NCBI GenBank assembly: GCA_003344405.1
Contig: NOWV01000016.1
Location: 806,001 to 870,000 of the forward strand
Length of the DNA: 64,000 bases
Direction: 5' to 3'
Source of the DNA: Trichoplax sp. H2
Taxonomy: Eukaryota
This document shows positions 27,500 through 41,097 of the stretch, one piece after another. The stretch's first letter is position 1; every line of letters begins with the position of its first letter. The translations under genes were made by a program, and so were the position numbers. The notes beneath the pieces were generated by a model. That model ran no database searches, had not been told where the DNA came from, and saw only the letters and a list, made by a program, of their open reading frames with translations.

Positions 27500-29800
27500 C
27501 AATTATTTGTTTACCGCCTTTCTTTATGTACGATACACTTGAATATAACGAATGTCCTTTATATTTAGGTTACACTATTGGATGCTCCAAATATAAAAAT
27601 ATGAAATGTTTACAAAATATTAACTATATAATTATTACAATAACACCGATAATCAGACAAGTTTGACGTCTAGAAACAAAGATAAAGTAGGTTGAATGGA
27701 GGCAGTAAGACTTATTTGTACATGAAAAGAATTGATAATGACTACGTAGCTATTGCTTTCATTCACATTACTTCTTATAATTAATTAACAACTTTAAATT
27801 TATAGCATTATTCATACAAAATTACTTTTTATTGTGTGTTCAAATGCATCATTCATTCTTAGGTCATTAATTAATATAATACGAAGAGTAGTGTGATCAA
27901 ATTAATATCTATTAAATTCACAAGCTAGATATTTCCCGTCAATAAACTAAATGGTAAACAATAATAAACTAGATGATGAATGGAATTACGTTTAATAAAC
28001 GATATTCTACAATTGAAACAGAAATGCAAGACAGTATAATTCCTATTAATAAATCTAATGATGAATATGATACGGTTTAGTGACGAAAAATTTTTCAAAT
28101 AGAATAAATGATCAATTTAATTAAATTGAGATCGCTGGTTTGAAATTATCATATACTGTAAATTCCATCAATAGACCAGATTTTGAATGCAACTAAGCTT
28201 AATGAATAAAATTTTACGAATAGAACAGGGCAATCAGATTAATTTAATTAGATTTGCAAGTCTGATAGTAGATTTCTCTCAATAAATCAGATAATGAAAG
28301 CGATCAGTTTTAGCGATTGAAATTTATCGGCTACAGTATAGGAATGTTATATGGACAATACAATCGATCTTGGATGAAAATATTTACAAACAGAACAGAT
28401 CCATTAATTTAATTAGTTAAAAGTTTTAAACTTGATATCATGGTTTCCATTAATTAAGTCAAGTGATGAGTATGATTACGTCAGTTTATTTTTATATGTA
28501 TAACAGTAATTTAATTAATTCAATTAAATTTGTAAGTTTGATAATATATTTCTATTGAGGGATAATGAATGTCATTTAACCTAATGAATGGAAGTTTACC
28601 GATTGCATGAAGATAATATGATCTATATGATTGGTTTAGGACTAGGAATTATATAAACGAGATAAAATGAACAAATTAATTGCTTTGAGCCTACAATTTA
28701 GATAGATAATTTCCATGAAATAAGTCGGATAATAATATAATGAATGAGGATGCGTTTAACGAATTAATCTTTATGAATAGATAGAGCGATCAAATTAACT
28801 TCATTGAAGTTTTGCGTTAGATGGTGTAATTTTTATCAATAAACTCATTGCTGTGTACTGATGAATTAAATGAATGAATTTTACCGCTTGTAAGATTATT
28901 ATGTAATGTGTATTATTGGCTTTGGATATATATTAAACACGCTATAACATGTATTGGAATTAATAATGTATCTCATTTGATACTAAAAATGCAAAGCAGT
29001 AGGCAAGTTACTCTTATTTTATTCAAACGTCTCATCAGAATTTCACCATATTGCCCATTCAGTAAATATCTATCACGTGGAAATTACCAATTCTACCAGA
29101 ATGATAGATTCAATATTGCGAGTTGGTATACAGAAGATGCATTTATAACCCAGCTGTTCACAAGGTTTTAACAAATAAGAATTTATTATTAATTATAGAA
29201 TGCAAGCATCCGCCATAATATATGCTCTTTTTATTAAGCGATTAAAAAAGTGATAGAAAGACAAGCTTTAATATAAGGAAGTAGTGATAATGATATCGCT
29301 TGCGATACAATTGAATCAATTTACACAAGCCAATTCAATTAAAGATGTCAACAATTTATGCTATCGAGATAGAATAATATTACTAGAATAGTACATCCTG
29401 AGCGATTTCATTATACTAGACTAATTAATAGCTTTATCAAATGTGACCTTGACTTGATAACATCAAATATTTTAACTCACTGTTTTCATCCTTGCAATTA
29501 TATTGTTGCCCGCGTTTTCATTATACTTCCAACAGCTATCTAACTAGTAAGCTGACTGCAATTATAAAAATCTTAATTAAATAATATTATCCTAAATAAC
29601 TTGATGCTACTATCTAGAAACCTTTGACTAAATTAATAATCGTTTTATTACTCATCGATGAATTACGAGTAGTTTCCTGTTCTTGATTGTTGGTTGTCAA
29701 CGATTTAAACGGAAATTAGGTACTGTAGTAATAGTAGCGGTTGTTTTGATACTTTTCTATTATATTATTATGTAGGCAACTAATTCACTTTTATTATAAT
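27500..29800 (+). pseudogene. Possible heavily decayed leucine-rich-repeat (LRR/LRR-receptor) gene relic
   Basis: Stop- and frameshift-riddled fragments: NLIKLRSLV*NY..IPSI, NLIS(L)KVLNL, NEDAFNEL, KLTSLKF, IESIYTSQFN*..MLSR*NNITRIVHPERF, then a hydrophobic stretch LGTVVIVAVVLILFYYIIM. High AT content could mimic this. Confidence 0.3.
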
Positions 29801-32800
29801 GTATTATTAAAGCTGAAAAATAAGATACTGAATTCTAAAATACTGGTTTTATAAATCATTAGTAGCTACCCTAACAATTTATTTTCGAAAGTTCTAATGC
29901 AAAGATAATCGTTTTTATTTTATCACTCATCAACTAGCAAATATATAATTACCGGTAGTATTTTTATATTATGAATATAGCTATTTAATTATCATGAAAT
30001 AGCTAATAACATCATCGTTTCGAATTCCTACCCCTCATATTCGTTTAGAACTAGAAGAATTTATCTATAATGGATCAGAAATGGTCCACTTTCTGATGCC
30101 TTTAGGTAGTTTAAGCGTAGAGCCTTATGTACCATAAATACTGCACAATCTCCATGGAACAATGTAATAAATTACTTCAGACTCCTACGCTATTCACATG
30201 AAAGAAATTATTTAAGGCCTGGTTCTAATACATAACGTTACAAATTAAGCTTATAAATGACTAACTAAGAGGGTGAGTGGGTTGAGATAAATCCGATTGA
30301 TGAATCATTATTTCGATTGAAACCTTTCTAGCCTTAATACTTTCAGTGAGATATTATGCTAATTTCCATCGTTCTATTACAGTAAAGCTAAGTAGCAAAC
30401 ATTTTTGAATTCTTACTATAGTCGATGAAAAGATTGCGTCATTTTTATCGTGTAAAGTCAATAATGGAATTATGGACAATTGAATGAGGTAATAATATAT
30501 TAAACGCGTGCACAACAATGAATTCAGTTTTCTTATCAAATAAATAATATTCCATTATAGCGATGAAAACAACTGATAAAAATACTAATTATATGAAATT
30601 GATTGTCTCATCACCATTTAATCAAGGATATATCTTTGGTCGGCAAGTATTACTGATTTATACTGCATAAATGCTTCTATTCAAACATATGCTTGCGATG
30701 ACTACTGTCAGCCGCCCTCGCTGTTTGAAAATTACATCATGCTGTATTTACAGAAGATGTTGTAGTAGGGTAAAGTCCGATCGGTGTAGAACAGTTTCCT
30801 ATTGAGCAACAAGACTAATTAATCAGTGATATTAGGTCTTTAAAGTATTGACTTTAAGTCCTATTTAGATCGACGACGATATGAAATAACAATGAAATCA
30901 GGTGTCTTAATCTATCCAATACTGTAAATTGTTTCATTCCTAGCCGGTGATCATATATAACCCAATTTTGAATTATAACTAGATAATGTAATCCAAAATA
31001 TTCTAGATATTTTACTTCGTTTATCAGCTGTACTAACTGGTTATTATATCAAAAATTAACTTATTTTTACGTTTGTACATATTTTAATTGATTATTTCTA
31101 GCTCGTACGTACATAAACCAGTGCTAAGACATAGCTGGATTATTTATCGCAGCTTTTTCTAGCCATTTTGCATCACCTGTTCACTTTACTAATCAGCTAT
31201 CACATCGAGAATTGAAGCTATATTTTTCCTAGTCGTATATTTCGTCCCTAGTTTCTTCGAAATTAATATAGTTTAGAGAAATGGAACGAAGAGGATACAA
31301 CTATTGTGACGCCATTTTCAATGAATATTTTCATAATAGGTATCATCACTAAGATAAAAATTAATAATTTAATAAATAAAATTATTGCCAAGACGTGCAC
31401 GTTACATTGTCTATTGATGAAGTAGCCCAAGGCAGCAATACGGTTGGTTAATATTTTAAAAGTATTCCGTTTGTATTATTTAAGATTTGCCTTAGGGTAT
31501 TGTCTATTGTTAGAGCAGAGCAATCAAATTTACCGATTTATTTCCTAGGCTGTAAGATAAACTTTATTTTTTACCTAATGTTACTTTTACTGGAATAAAA
31601 CTATGAGCTTATAAATAGGCCCTTTTATTAATAATATACCTAATAACAATATACTCCAACAGAAGTATTTACTAATTAAAATGCATAAGTATTTCCAGTC
31701 TGTTCTCTTTTAATTCTAATTAGTATCTATATAAAATGCTGTATCATAGAAAGGTTTCTAATGCTGGGCCCATGATATTTAATTAATTAATTCTTTACTG
31801 GAAAATTAATTGTAGAAATTTTCAATTATGATGCTCCTTTTTGTTGCTTCTATAGTACTCTAATTTTGTATAGAATATGTTTTAATGCAAGACTTTATTG
31901 CTACATCTATAATATTTAATTAAATAATTTCTTATTAGAAAGTAAAATTATCATTTTTTTATCAATTATCAAAGTAAAATTATCATATTGACATCCCAAT
32001 TGGGTTGTTCATATTACAGATTCAATTAAGATCTATTTTTATACTGATTGCCATATTGCGAAAGACTATTTTACCAGTTTTGCGTTATCTAGCTGATTTA
32101 ATTTTTTTTGCTAGATAATAAAGCATAGAAATGTCCATTAAGATATTTATTTTTGTGAATTCAGTTGTTACTTACTCCATATTTAATGCTGTAGTACTAT
32201 AGAATTTTACTAGATGCTTAAGTAATCAATTTTGCTTGAAGTGGACTATGGAAATATTCAATTGGAGATGCCCATTTTCATTGTTTTGATGCAGTCATAA
32301 CCGACTTTTGAACTACAGCAAACAGTCTTTACAGGAGAAGAATGAACATGAATTTTAAAGACAAGTAACAATATCCATTTAATAACGGAGAAAGACGACA
32401 GAGCATTATTGTGACTGTAGAATTAAATTCGAAGTCTGATTTTGCAACAACTACATTTTATGGCAAAAATGATTCTTAAAGTTTTAGGGGGTATTTTCAA
32501 ATTATCATACACCTCTAAGATAGTACATATTTATCTATTATAATAGTTGACAAATATGTAGAAGCAATACAAGAATTAGTGGATTTAAGTATAAGATATA
32601 TAGTACAGTATCATTATTGTATGTGAAGTTAACATTCTGTAGCTGTAATCAATACTATGTTAGCATAAGTAATAGTACATAAACTAGGGGTAAATTGCAA
32701 CTTATACAACGGACTAATACGAGTATAATATTGTAGTTAGATTTATAACTATTTTACTCAGCCCTTGGACAAAATTAAGAAATATGTTATTCTCAATCGA

Positions 32801-35800
32801 TTGCGCCTTGTATCATTTTTCAATTTGGTTAATATAAAATGATCTTTCTTTTATTAATAACAGGATCTAGAATTGATCCCATTTCTGTGGCGATAATATC
32901 GACATCTTTAGAAGTAGCTGATTAGCTAACATTGCGGTTGCTGTGCAACCCAAGCTCGACGATGCATTGCTGCACAGTAAAACATTACATACATACATTT
33001 GTTAATAAGTATCCTTCTTTCTATTATTGAGAGTTCTGGTAAAGATTCTGAAAAAGCATGCAGAATCACTATTCTATAAATTATTTTCTTTGCAGTAGTG
33101 CAAAGGAGTTGATTCTCATTTATTGTATGGTTAGTATTGCTCTGTAATCGTCTACTAGGAGAAGATGGCTTCCAGATTCAAAATGGTTAAAGGTACGAAC
33201 TAAAACGTTACAGTAACAGTTTTTATGTAGCAGAAATGTATAGAAAGACCAACTAATAAACCTTTTATGTTTCTGTCCAATTACTTAAATAAATAATTAG
33301 TCACTGAAAACATTAATGCCGTATGATTATTTACATATTTCAGATATTCCACGCCTATTAGATAGCTGATTACAGACCACAAGAGCTGTCATTTGCTCCT
33401 GACGTAATATCTTTCACGCGGTAATTGAATTAGTAAAGAGCTGGAAGCCAAGTTTGCTATTGTAGAAAGCAGCGATTGTCCTTTAGAATAACTTTATACC
33501 TTTAATAAATATCGCCCTTGTTGTCATCGTACAATTACCTACTACGTATACATTACTGATTATATGCACAAGTGAGGCATATTAATAAGGGGTTTATAGT
33601 ATGATTGTTATTGTAGGCGAATGTAAGCAAATACAAGGATGTCAATAAGCTAATAGTTTTTACTATTAGACAAGAATAGTAATACAAACCGCCCTCCAAT
33701 AGGAAGCTATCACGCTTAAAAAAATACTTGATGGATTGTTACATCTCTAAATAAAAGCTAATAGTATCATCTTGTGATTATATGAGCGGCCTCGCTCAGA
33801 TTGTTTAAGATAATGTAAATTGCTATACAAAGTGATGATTACATGCTAATTTTATTGCAGTATTTGACGATGATATACCTTAAACTATTGTAATTGAATT
33901 CAGAGAGCGAATAATTTTACTATGATAGGTAGATTGTAGATGAGTACAGCCATGCCGTAACCTTGATGTGCTAATCAGTTGGAATTCAACAGTATCGTAC
34001 AGAAATAATGTATATTGGATAGGGCCAAATATTTTTGTCTGCTTCATGGAATATTTTCCAGTTTGAGCTGACGATTTACTAGCAAGAAGCGATGATGTTC
34101 ATGTGCGTGTAGCTTGTATTGCATCTTGCAGATTGGATGATCTATGAGATAGTACTAATATCGTCGCTACGACATTGCAAGTGATTTGGTCTAAAACTTT
34201 GATATTGCACCCTGCCATTTCTTTCACATGTGTTCGAATCTTCAGCTGTATTATATATATATGTTACGTCTACGCTACGGTGGTAAAAGTTAAGATTATT
34301 AGTTTATTACACTTGGTTTGTTTTAGTTCATGTCAATTTGCGGTCAAAGATCGCTAAGTATAGATATTTGTTTGCAAGTAAATATTTAAAATGGATGTAT
34401 CATCCTCAGTAAACTTACCGCAGCTCTGTCGTACACAATAATACAAGTATATACAATGTAGAACTAGTTCGGACTATCGGACTGTAGCGTTTGCCGTTAA
34501 CTGCACAGAATAGCTTTGGAGTGAGAGTATTGGAATAAAATCAAAGCGACTATTTATAACAAGAAAAAATGTTTACCTATTTTGTATACTTGTACATGAG
34601 GATGCTAGCAGATGTTTGCGTTTTTATATTTTCGTATCCTAGACAATTCTACTCTACAGTACAATGATAAAAATAACAGCTTAAATTGCGCCATTTTTAG
34701 GGAGCTCATTTTCTAGCATAGAATTTTTCTAGTCTAATAGGCCTTGATGTTGTCAAGAGTTATTACTTTATTCTTCTATCTACCATTATGGATTTGTCGA
34801 TTTTGTGCATGACTTACTATAGGATAGATAATCTATACGCGTCCTTTCAATAATGTACGAAGCGCGTATTTCAGAGTAATTTCCATCTGCATATTTTCTA
34901 CACTATACCTGGCTAATGTAGCATAGACTTCATTCTATGCAAATCACGATTGGACTGAGTCATACAGTCTACATTTGGGCGATGAGGACAAATTATAATT
35001 ATTGGAGAGAATATGGCAAGGTTAGCCCAATCATGATCCATTCTTTTATGCAGTTTGATAGTATTTGACAACAATAATAAATAGATCATAACATAATTTA
35101 CAAATCAAATCAGATAATAAAGTTTGCTATCTCTGGGATGACCCATTTGGGTGGGGGAAGAAAAATACAATCCTATCCAAAATTAGTGATGAAGTTTAAC
35201 CACCATTAGATCCGAATTATTCCCCGTCATGAAAGGACGGATTAATACATAACATAAGGAGAATTTTATGTGTCATAAATACCTCATGTGCTGTAATTTT
35301 CGGTCATTGCTAAGGTATTATGAATGGATGATTGACTAGCATGGTATGAAATGGTATAACTGACAGTTTAGTCAGTCAATAGGTCACAGAAGGGGGTTTG
35401 ACTATGTTGATCTCGCGAAGCGTTGAACAATAATTATCTGCCACTCGTATACGATTTTGATGTGTATAGCATGGCAGATAGACTACTTTCATTGTCAAGT
35501 TGTTACATGACGATGGAGACAATTTGATATAGCATGATGATAGAATCAACTTGTCTATTTCAAGACGGTGCCACCGCCTATTGAACATCAATCGTTTTTC
35601 ATAGACAATACAGTCCATTTGTATTGCAAGTCTGCTGGACTGTAGTGTACTTTCTTCATCTTATTACAGTATTTGTCCAGTCATGCTAAGTTGCATTGAC
35701 AAGTTCTTCTTCATGCTTGCTAGATAAACATAGACAGTGTAGTAGTCGTTGAAAGATCAAGGTATACGGATCCATTTTTCAACATTGGCAGCGTAATATG

Positions 35801-36078
35801 GTAGGTATTATGGAGTATTCTCCACGTTGGTAGTTTATGTAGTCTTTTGATTTTTTTAGGGGCGGTGGAGTCGTTGTGATACAGTCAGTACATTACTTGT
35901 ACAAGAGTGCAGTCACTGAGCACTGAGTAGGTCTTTTGTTCACCATCGACAGTATATGAGGGATGTTTACAGGATACACGATGTGTCCACCTATTATGGT
36001 GGATTGGATAACAGAGTCGTTATCCAATAGGATCGCTTGTCATTTGGAGCAATTGAAGCTAAAAGTTGGATTCTATCG

Positions 36079-37881
36079 TAGGCTAAAATAGGATAGTACT
36101 ATTACTCCTTTCTAAGAATTGTTTTATTGAAGGCCATCCATTATCCTAATATTCATCGATTGAGCGGAAAGGCTTTTTTGGGTTTTCTGGTGGTCTAGTA
36201 GTCAGGCGTGCAAGATGAATGCACCGAGTACAGTATAGTGTCCATTGTACTCGGTACAGTACTGTACTGTACTGTACAGTAATAATTCTGAGGTGCAGCG
36301 TTTTCCCAAAGCTGTGTTTTGGTCATACTGTACAGTACAGTACAGTACAGTACTGTCGATTCCAGTGCGCAGTACTGTAGAGAAGGACTCTAAGTGATTG
36401 TCATGTGTGTCACGTGTGCAAGATTGGACTGTGCTCTGTTTGCATGGTACAGTATTGGACGTGGGCGTCAGCGGCGGATAAATTGTTGTCCTGTCCAAGT
36501 GTACAACTGAACAATTTACATGTTGCAGTGTTCTGAGCCTTTTTGACTGTACAGTACAGTCCAAAACTGTTAGCTTACTCGAGTAAGCTAACAGTGTACA
36601 TGTTGCAGTGTTTTGAGCCTTTTTGAGTGTACACAGTACAGTCCAAAACTGTTAGCTTACTCGAGTAAGCTAACAGTGTACATGTTGCAGTGTTTTGAGC
36701 CTTTTTGAGTGTACACAGTACAGTCCAAAACTGTTAGCTTACTCTAGTAAGCGTAGCGATGTACAGTACATGTTGCAGTGTTTTGAGCCTTTTTGACTGA
36801 ACACTACTGTACAGTCCAAAACTGTTAGCTTACTCTAGTAAGATAACAATGTCCAGTACTGTACAGTACAGTGTACAGTACAATTGCAGTGTTTTGAGCC
36901 TTTTGGACTGTACACTGTACAGTACTGTACAGTGCGATACTGTAAGCTACAGTACTGTACTGTACACAGAAAATGATTAAGCGGATTGAATTTTCCATAG
37001 TACAGTAGACTAGATTGTGTGCCGTGGTTAGGGCTGCTCTACAGTATTTGGATATAATATNNNNNNNNNNNNNNNNNNNNTAGGCTAAAATAGGATAGTA
37101 CTATTACTCCTTTCTAAGAATTGTTTTATTGAAGGCCATCCATTATCCTAATATTCATCGATTGAGCGGAAAGGCTTTTTTGGGTTTTCTGGTAGTCTAG
37201 TAGTCAGGCGTGCAAGATGAATGCACAGAGTACAGTATAGTGTCCATTGTACTCGGTACAGTACAGTATAATAATTCTGAGGTGCAGCGTTTTCCCAAAG
37301 CTGTGTTTTGGTCATTCTGTACAGTACAGTACTGTCGATTCCAGTGCGTAGTACTGTAGAGAAGGACTCTAAGTGATTGTCATATGTGTCACGTGTGCAA
37401 GATTGGACTGTACTCTGTTGCATGGTACAGTATTGGACGTGGGCGTCAGCGGCGGATAAATTGTTTTCCTGTCCAAGTGTACAACTGAACAATTTACATG
37501 TTGCAGTGTTTTGAGCCTTTTTGAGTGTACACAGTACAGTCCAAAACTGTTAGCTTACTCTAGTAAGCGTAGCGATGTACATGTTGCAGTGTTTTGAGCC
37601 TTTTTGACTGAACACTACTGTACAGTCCAAAACTGTTAGCTTACTCTAGTAAGATAACAATGTACAATATGTACACTGTACAGTACAGTACAGTGTACAG
37701 TACAATTGCAGTGTTTTGAGCCTTTTGGACTGTACACTGTACAGTACTGTACAGTGCGATACTGTAAGCTACAGTACAGTACTGTACACAGAAAATGATT
37801 AAGCGGATTGAATTTTCCATACTACAGTAGACTAGATTGTGTGTGTAGTTAGGGCTGCTCTACAGTATTTGGATATAATAT
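36079..37881. other. Gap-flanked duplication (36079-37060 matches 37081-37881), probably two alleles
   Basis: Copies abut the N gap 37061-37080 and differ by SNPs, ACAGT-unit indels and minisatellite copy number. Confidence 0.85.
36518..36960. repeat. ~82-bp minisatellite (about 5 units; about 3 units in the second allele at 37496-37790) with a 30-bp perfect palindrome in the first two units
   Basis: Unit ACATGTTGCAGTGTTTTGAGCCTTTTTGAGTGTACACAGTACAGTCCAAAACTGTTAGCTTACTCGAGTAAGCTAACAGTGT. Confidence 0.9.
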
Positions 37882-39316
37882 ACTGTAGTCCACTGCATGT
37901 ACTGTACCCTTCTCCAATGTATCGACACAACGTACGGCCGATAGGGTAGAAAAGAACAAAACCCCAACAGTGCCTTCACGATTCCGTACCGCTGCTGAGA
38001 GTTGAAACTTTGGAATCTGGCTCGAATTCTGAAAATCAATTTTACTGCTCAGACTGGATCTGGTGATGAATGTTATTTTGGGTATTTTTTTCCTGCATCC
38101 ATGCTGAAAGAGTCCATCGGCAATCGACTGAAATTAATCCTACAAAATAGGCGAGGAAGCCATTGCCATACAACATAATCGGACTGCCAGGATAAAAAAA
38201 CCCCCTGTTTCTGTGCTTGACTTAGCCGACGAAGCGTTCCTACGATACTGTCGGTCTATTTGGCTACGTTCCAACGATCCATTGGATTTGCAGTAAGTTC
38301 AATTTCAACTTGTTATCGATGTGCTATAGTCAGCAAGTGGGTGTTTGAATGCGGCTGTGCTATACTGTATAGTTGGAGTTTTAGGGAAATGATGTAGGAG
38401 GCTTGTGGCTTGTGAGCATTACTCCTTCACTAGACCTTTGTTAGCAGCAAAGTTGGATACTGCTTGTACTGTAATTGTTGCAAATGATGATTGTTGATTA
38501 TCAAGTTGGGTATGAGCACTTGTAATTGACTTTAAAAATTGCAATGCTACTTTGAGGAAAGGGTGTTGTTGAAACGCTTAGTTACAATCTCTTGTGCTCA
38601 CCGCTTATTTCATAGACTGTAGCAAGTGGAGATGATGACGTTAATTAATCTTTTCATCGCTTTTGAAAGGTTGTTTTGGCCATACCCGTTTTCCTCATTG
38701 GTCGTATGGTACAACAGTGAATCATTGAATTTTGCTGTCGTATGTTCAAAAGCTTCATTGGCAAGTTGACTAGGTAAGCATCAACATTACTACATGTTTC
38801 AAAATGATTCTCCAATACTATTGCATATGGTCGTTTTGTGTTGTGCTATCATCTCTGCTAGAAGATGACCATGACCAAGTACGGTATCATCCTTAATTTG
38901 AAAGATTGCTGCTGATACCATACTGTACGTACGGTGGTGTTGTGTTTTCCCAAAATGATGTAGAGTAGAGTACAGTGGACGATACCACTCAGGTCTTGCT
39001 TGCCACCCTATAGCTGACTGTGGACTGTTTTGGTGCATTGCGCAGCTTGCATGACAGTCGTTTCCCGAGTAGCAAAACCAATTTTTCTTGACATAGTGTA
39101 GTTACGGATTCTTCTCAGCACGCTATTGATTTCATACTTGACTGCTAAAAGCAAACCTGAGTTGGACTGGTCGATCAAGTGGGCTTACAATACCTCATTT
39201 GGGCGCTACCGTACTGTATCACAACGCCTCACTGTGATGATGACTACAGTACTTTGTACTCTACTCCAGTGAGTCCATTCTCTCTTTCTTCCACGGCTGT
39301 TTACAGTACAGTACTG

Positions 39317-39498
39317 CAGTCCAGTGTACAAGTACGTACTGGACTGCAGTAAAGTACAATGTACTGTAGTTGAATCCCATGCCAAACCCCTTACGGTACC
39401 CCCTTGCAGTCCAGTACGTACTGTACTGTACTGGACTAGGTTGTGTGTACAATGTACTGTAGTTGAATCCCATGCCAAACCCCTTACGGTACCCCTTG
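39317..39498. repeat. Two ~91-bp tandem units with internal inverted repeats, upstream of RXR
   Basis: GTACAATGTACTGTAGTTGAATCCCATGCCAAACCCCTTACGGTACCCC occurs twice, each preceded by an AGTCCAGT...ACTGGACT inverted repeat. Confidence 0.85.
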
Positions 39499-39769
39499 AT
39501 GATTGGATTTCTGCAGCTGCGCACTGCAAGTTTGTTATTGTTTACATGGGCTAGGAGCCATGGGTATGCTAGGCACAGTGTAGCAGACAGTCCTCAATAG
39601 CAGTACAGTAGTCAATACCGTCATTCAAAACGAAGACAATCATCTGCTGAGAATCGCGCTTCGACGTACTGTACAGTACGTACCTACAGTACTGGGTACT
39701 GTAGTCGACGAGTCTACTGCACGGTCAGTCTCTCGTGTGGACAAACTTTGCAGTATGCCAACCACAGGC

Positions 39770-39777
39770 TCACGTGA
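39770..39777. promoter_or_regulatory. TCACGTGA E-box in the putative RXR promoter
   Basis: Palindromic bHLH-ZIP-type E-box in a GC-richer patch about 1.3 kb upstream of the RXR ATG. Function is inferred. Confidence 0.3.
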
Positions 39778-41097
39778 TCACCGTACAATGGACTGGACTG
39801 GTATGGATCGCATTCTCTTCTCCATCCAAAAACAACAACACTCGCAACAAGGGTCCCATCAAATCTTGTTACAGTTGAAGTAGAAGAAATCATCCAGTTG
39901 GAAAAGTGGTTGGGTTCAAGGCAGTATAGTTCAGTACATCGGATAAAGAAATAGTCTTGATTATGCATTAAATCATGACCAACTCTGCTTCGTTATCAGG
40001 CTTAGTGCAAATTCAAATTGTAACGACGGAAGTAATCGACAGCAATCAAGAAGAAGTTGCACATGTTGAGGATATTACTGAGATTTTAAAAAGAAGAATC
40101 AGCGATCATTTTCATAGGAAAATAGTACTTTAAAAAACAACTCTTACTCCCATGGTCAGTTTGGGTATATTGAGTGGGGCAGTCAGCCTTGTTATTGATA
40201 CGCGTGTTGATCATTGAATCAAAACATTTTCATTGCATGTCGACATGCAAGGATTATTTTATTATTACATTGTATGTACTTTTACTCCATCATGAATAAT
40301 GATTAGGTGTAGAATATTTCCATCTTTTTCAATTGCACCCACATTAGTACAACATCAAGTATTGTACAATTATCACTGTAGTCGAAATGATTAATAGCCT
40401 ACGCTTTTACTGTTGAAAAACCATTCAAAAAGATGATACTACATTGATTCTTCGGCATACAGATTAACATTGATCAATTTTGATACGTACGCCTTCATTA
40501 CAGAATTGTTGCGCAGACGTAAAATTGCCCATTTGCAAATAGTCACCACTGAGGGCATGGTTTCACGGCCATTTCATTGGTGAACCATTCCTTTGCCAAG
40601 CGCTACATAAGACCTACAGTGTACATTTGATTGGTCGGCCTGCTTTAAATCATCGTTATAGGTGATTTTACCCACGACTGTTAATAAATCTTAATGAATG
40701 TACTACATATGCGTAATTTACTATACTATTACCAATAAATAATATACCGTTGTTCAATAACTAACTCGTCTCATTGACCATTATTCTCACTGTCTTTTTC
40801 CACCATTTTTACAGCGGTCTTTATCGCAAACTCTTTATCCATGTTATTCTAGTCAAGTTGAACAGTGATCATATTTACTGTCAATTTCAAACATCAATTA
40901 TAACGTAAAGCTACATGTTTTTTATTCTTATAGTCAAGTTAGTATTCAATACTACGATATTATAAAAAAGGATAATTGAACCAATTGACTGCACTCTTCG
41001 TTAAGGCTTAACTGATGATGTTGTGAATGATACCTTTTGATATATAATTTATCTAACCAAGTTGCTCTACCAATGTTTATCGCATCGGTTAGCTTGC

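Noticed and set aside
30010-35620. Short open frames and splice-like sites in the gene-free interval
   Set aside because: I could not build a phase-consistent gene model or find a motif. A lncRNA cannot be excluded without RNA data.
36518-37790. Palindromic repeat array resembling a CRISPR
   Set aside because: Units are contiguous without unique spacers, there are no cas genes, and the context is eukaryotic. It is a minisatellite.
36202-39554. ORFs 36202-36564, 37148-37492, 39206-39529, 39261-39524 and 39324-39554
   Set aside because: They are translations of ACAGT/ACTGT low-complexity repeats (STVQYC-rich) with no protein-like features.
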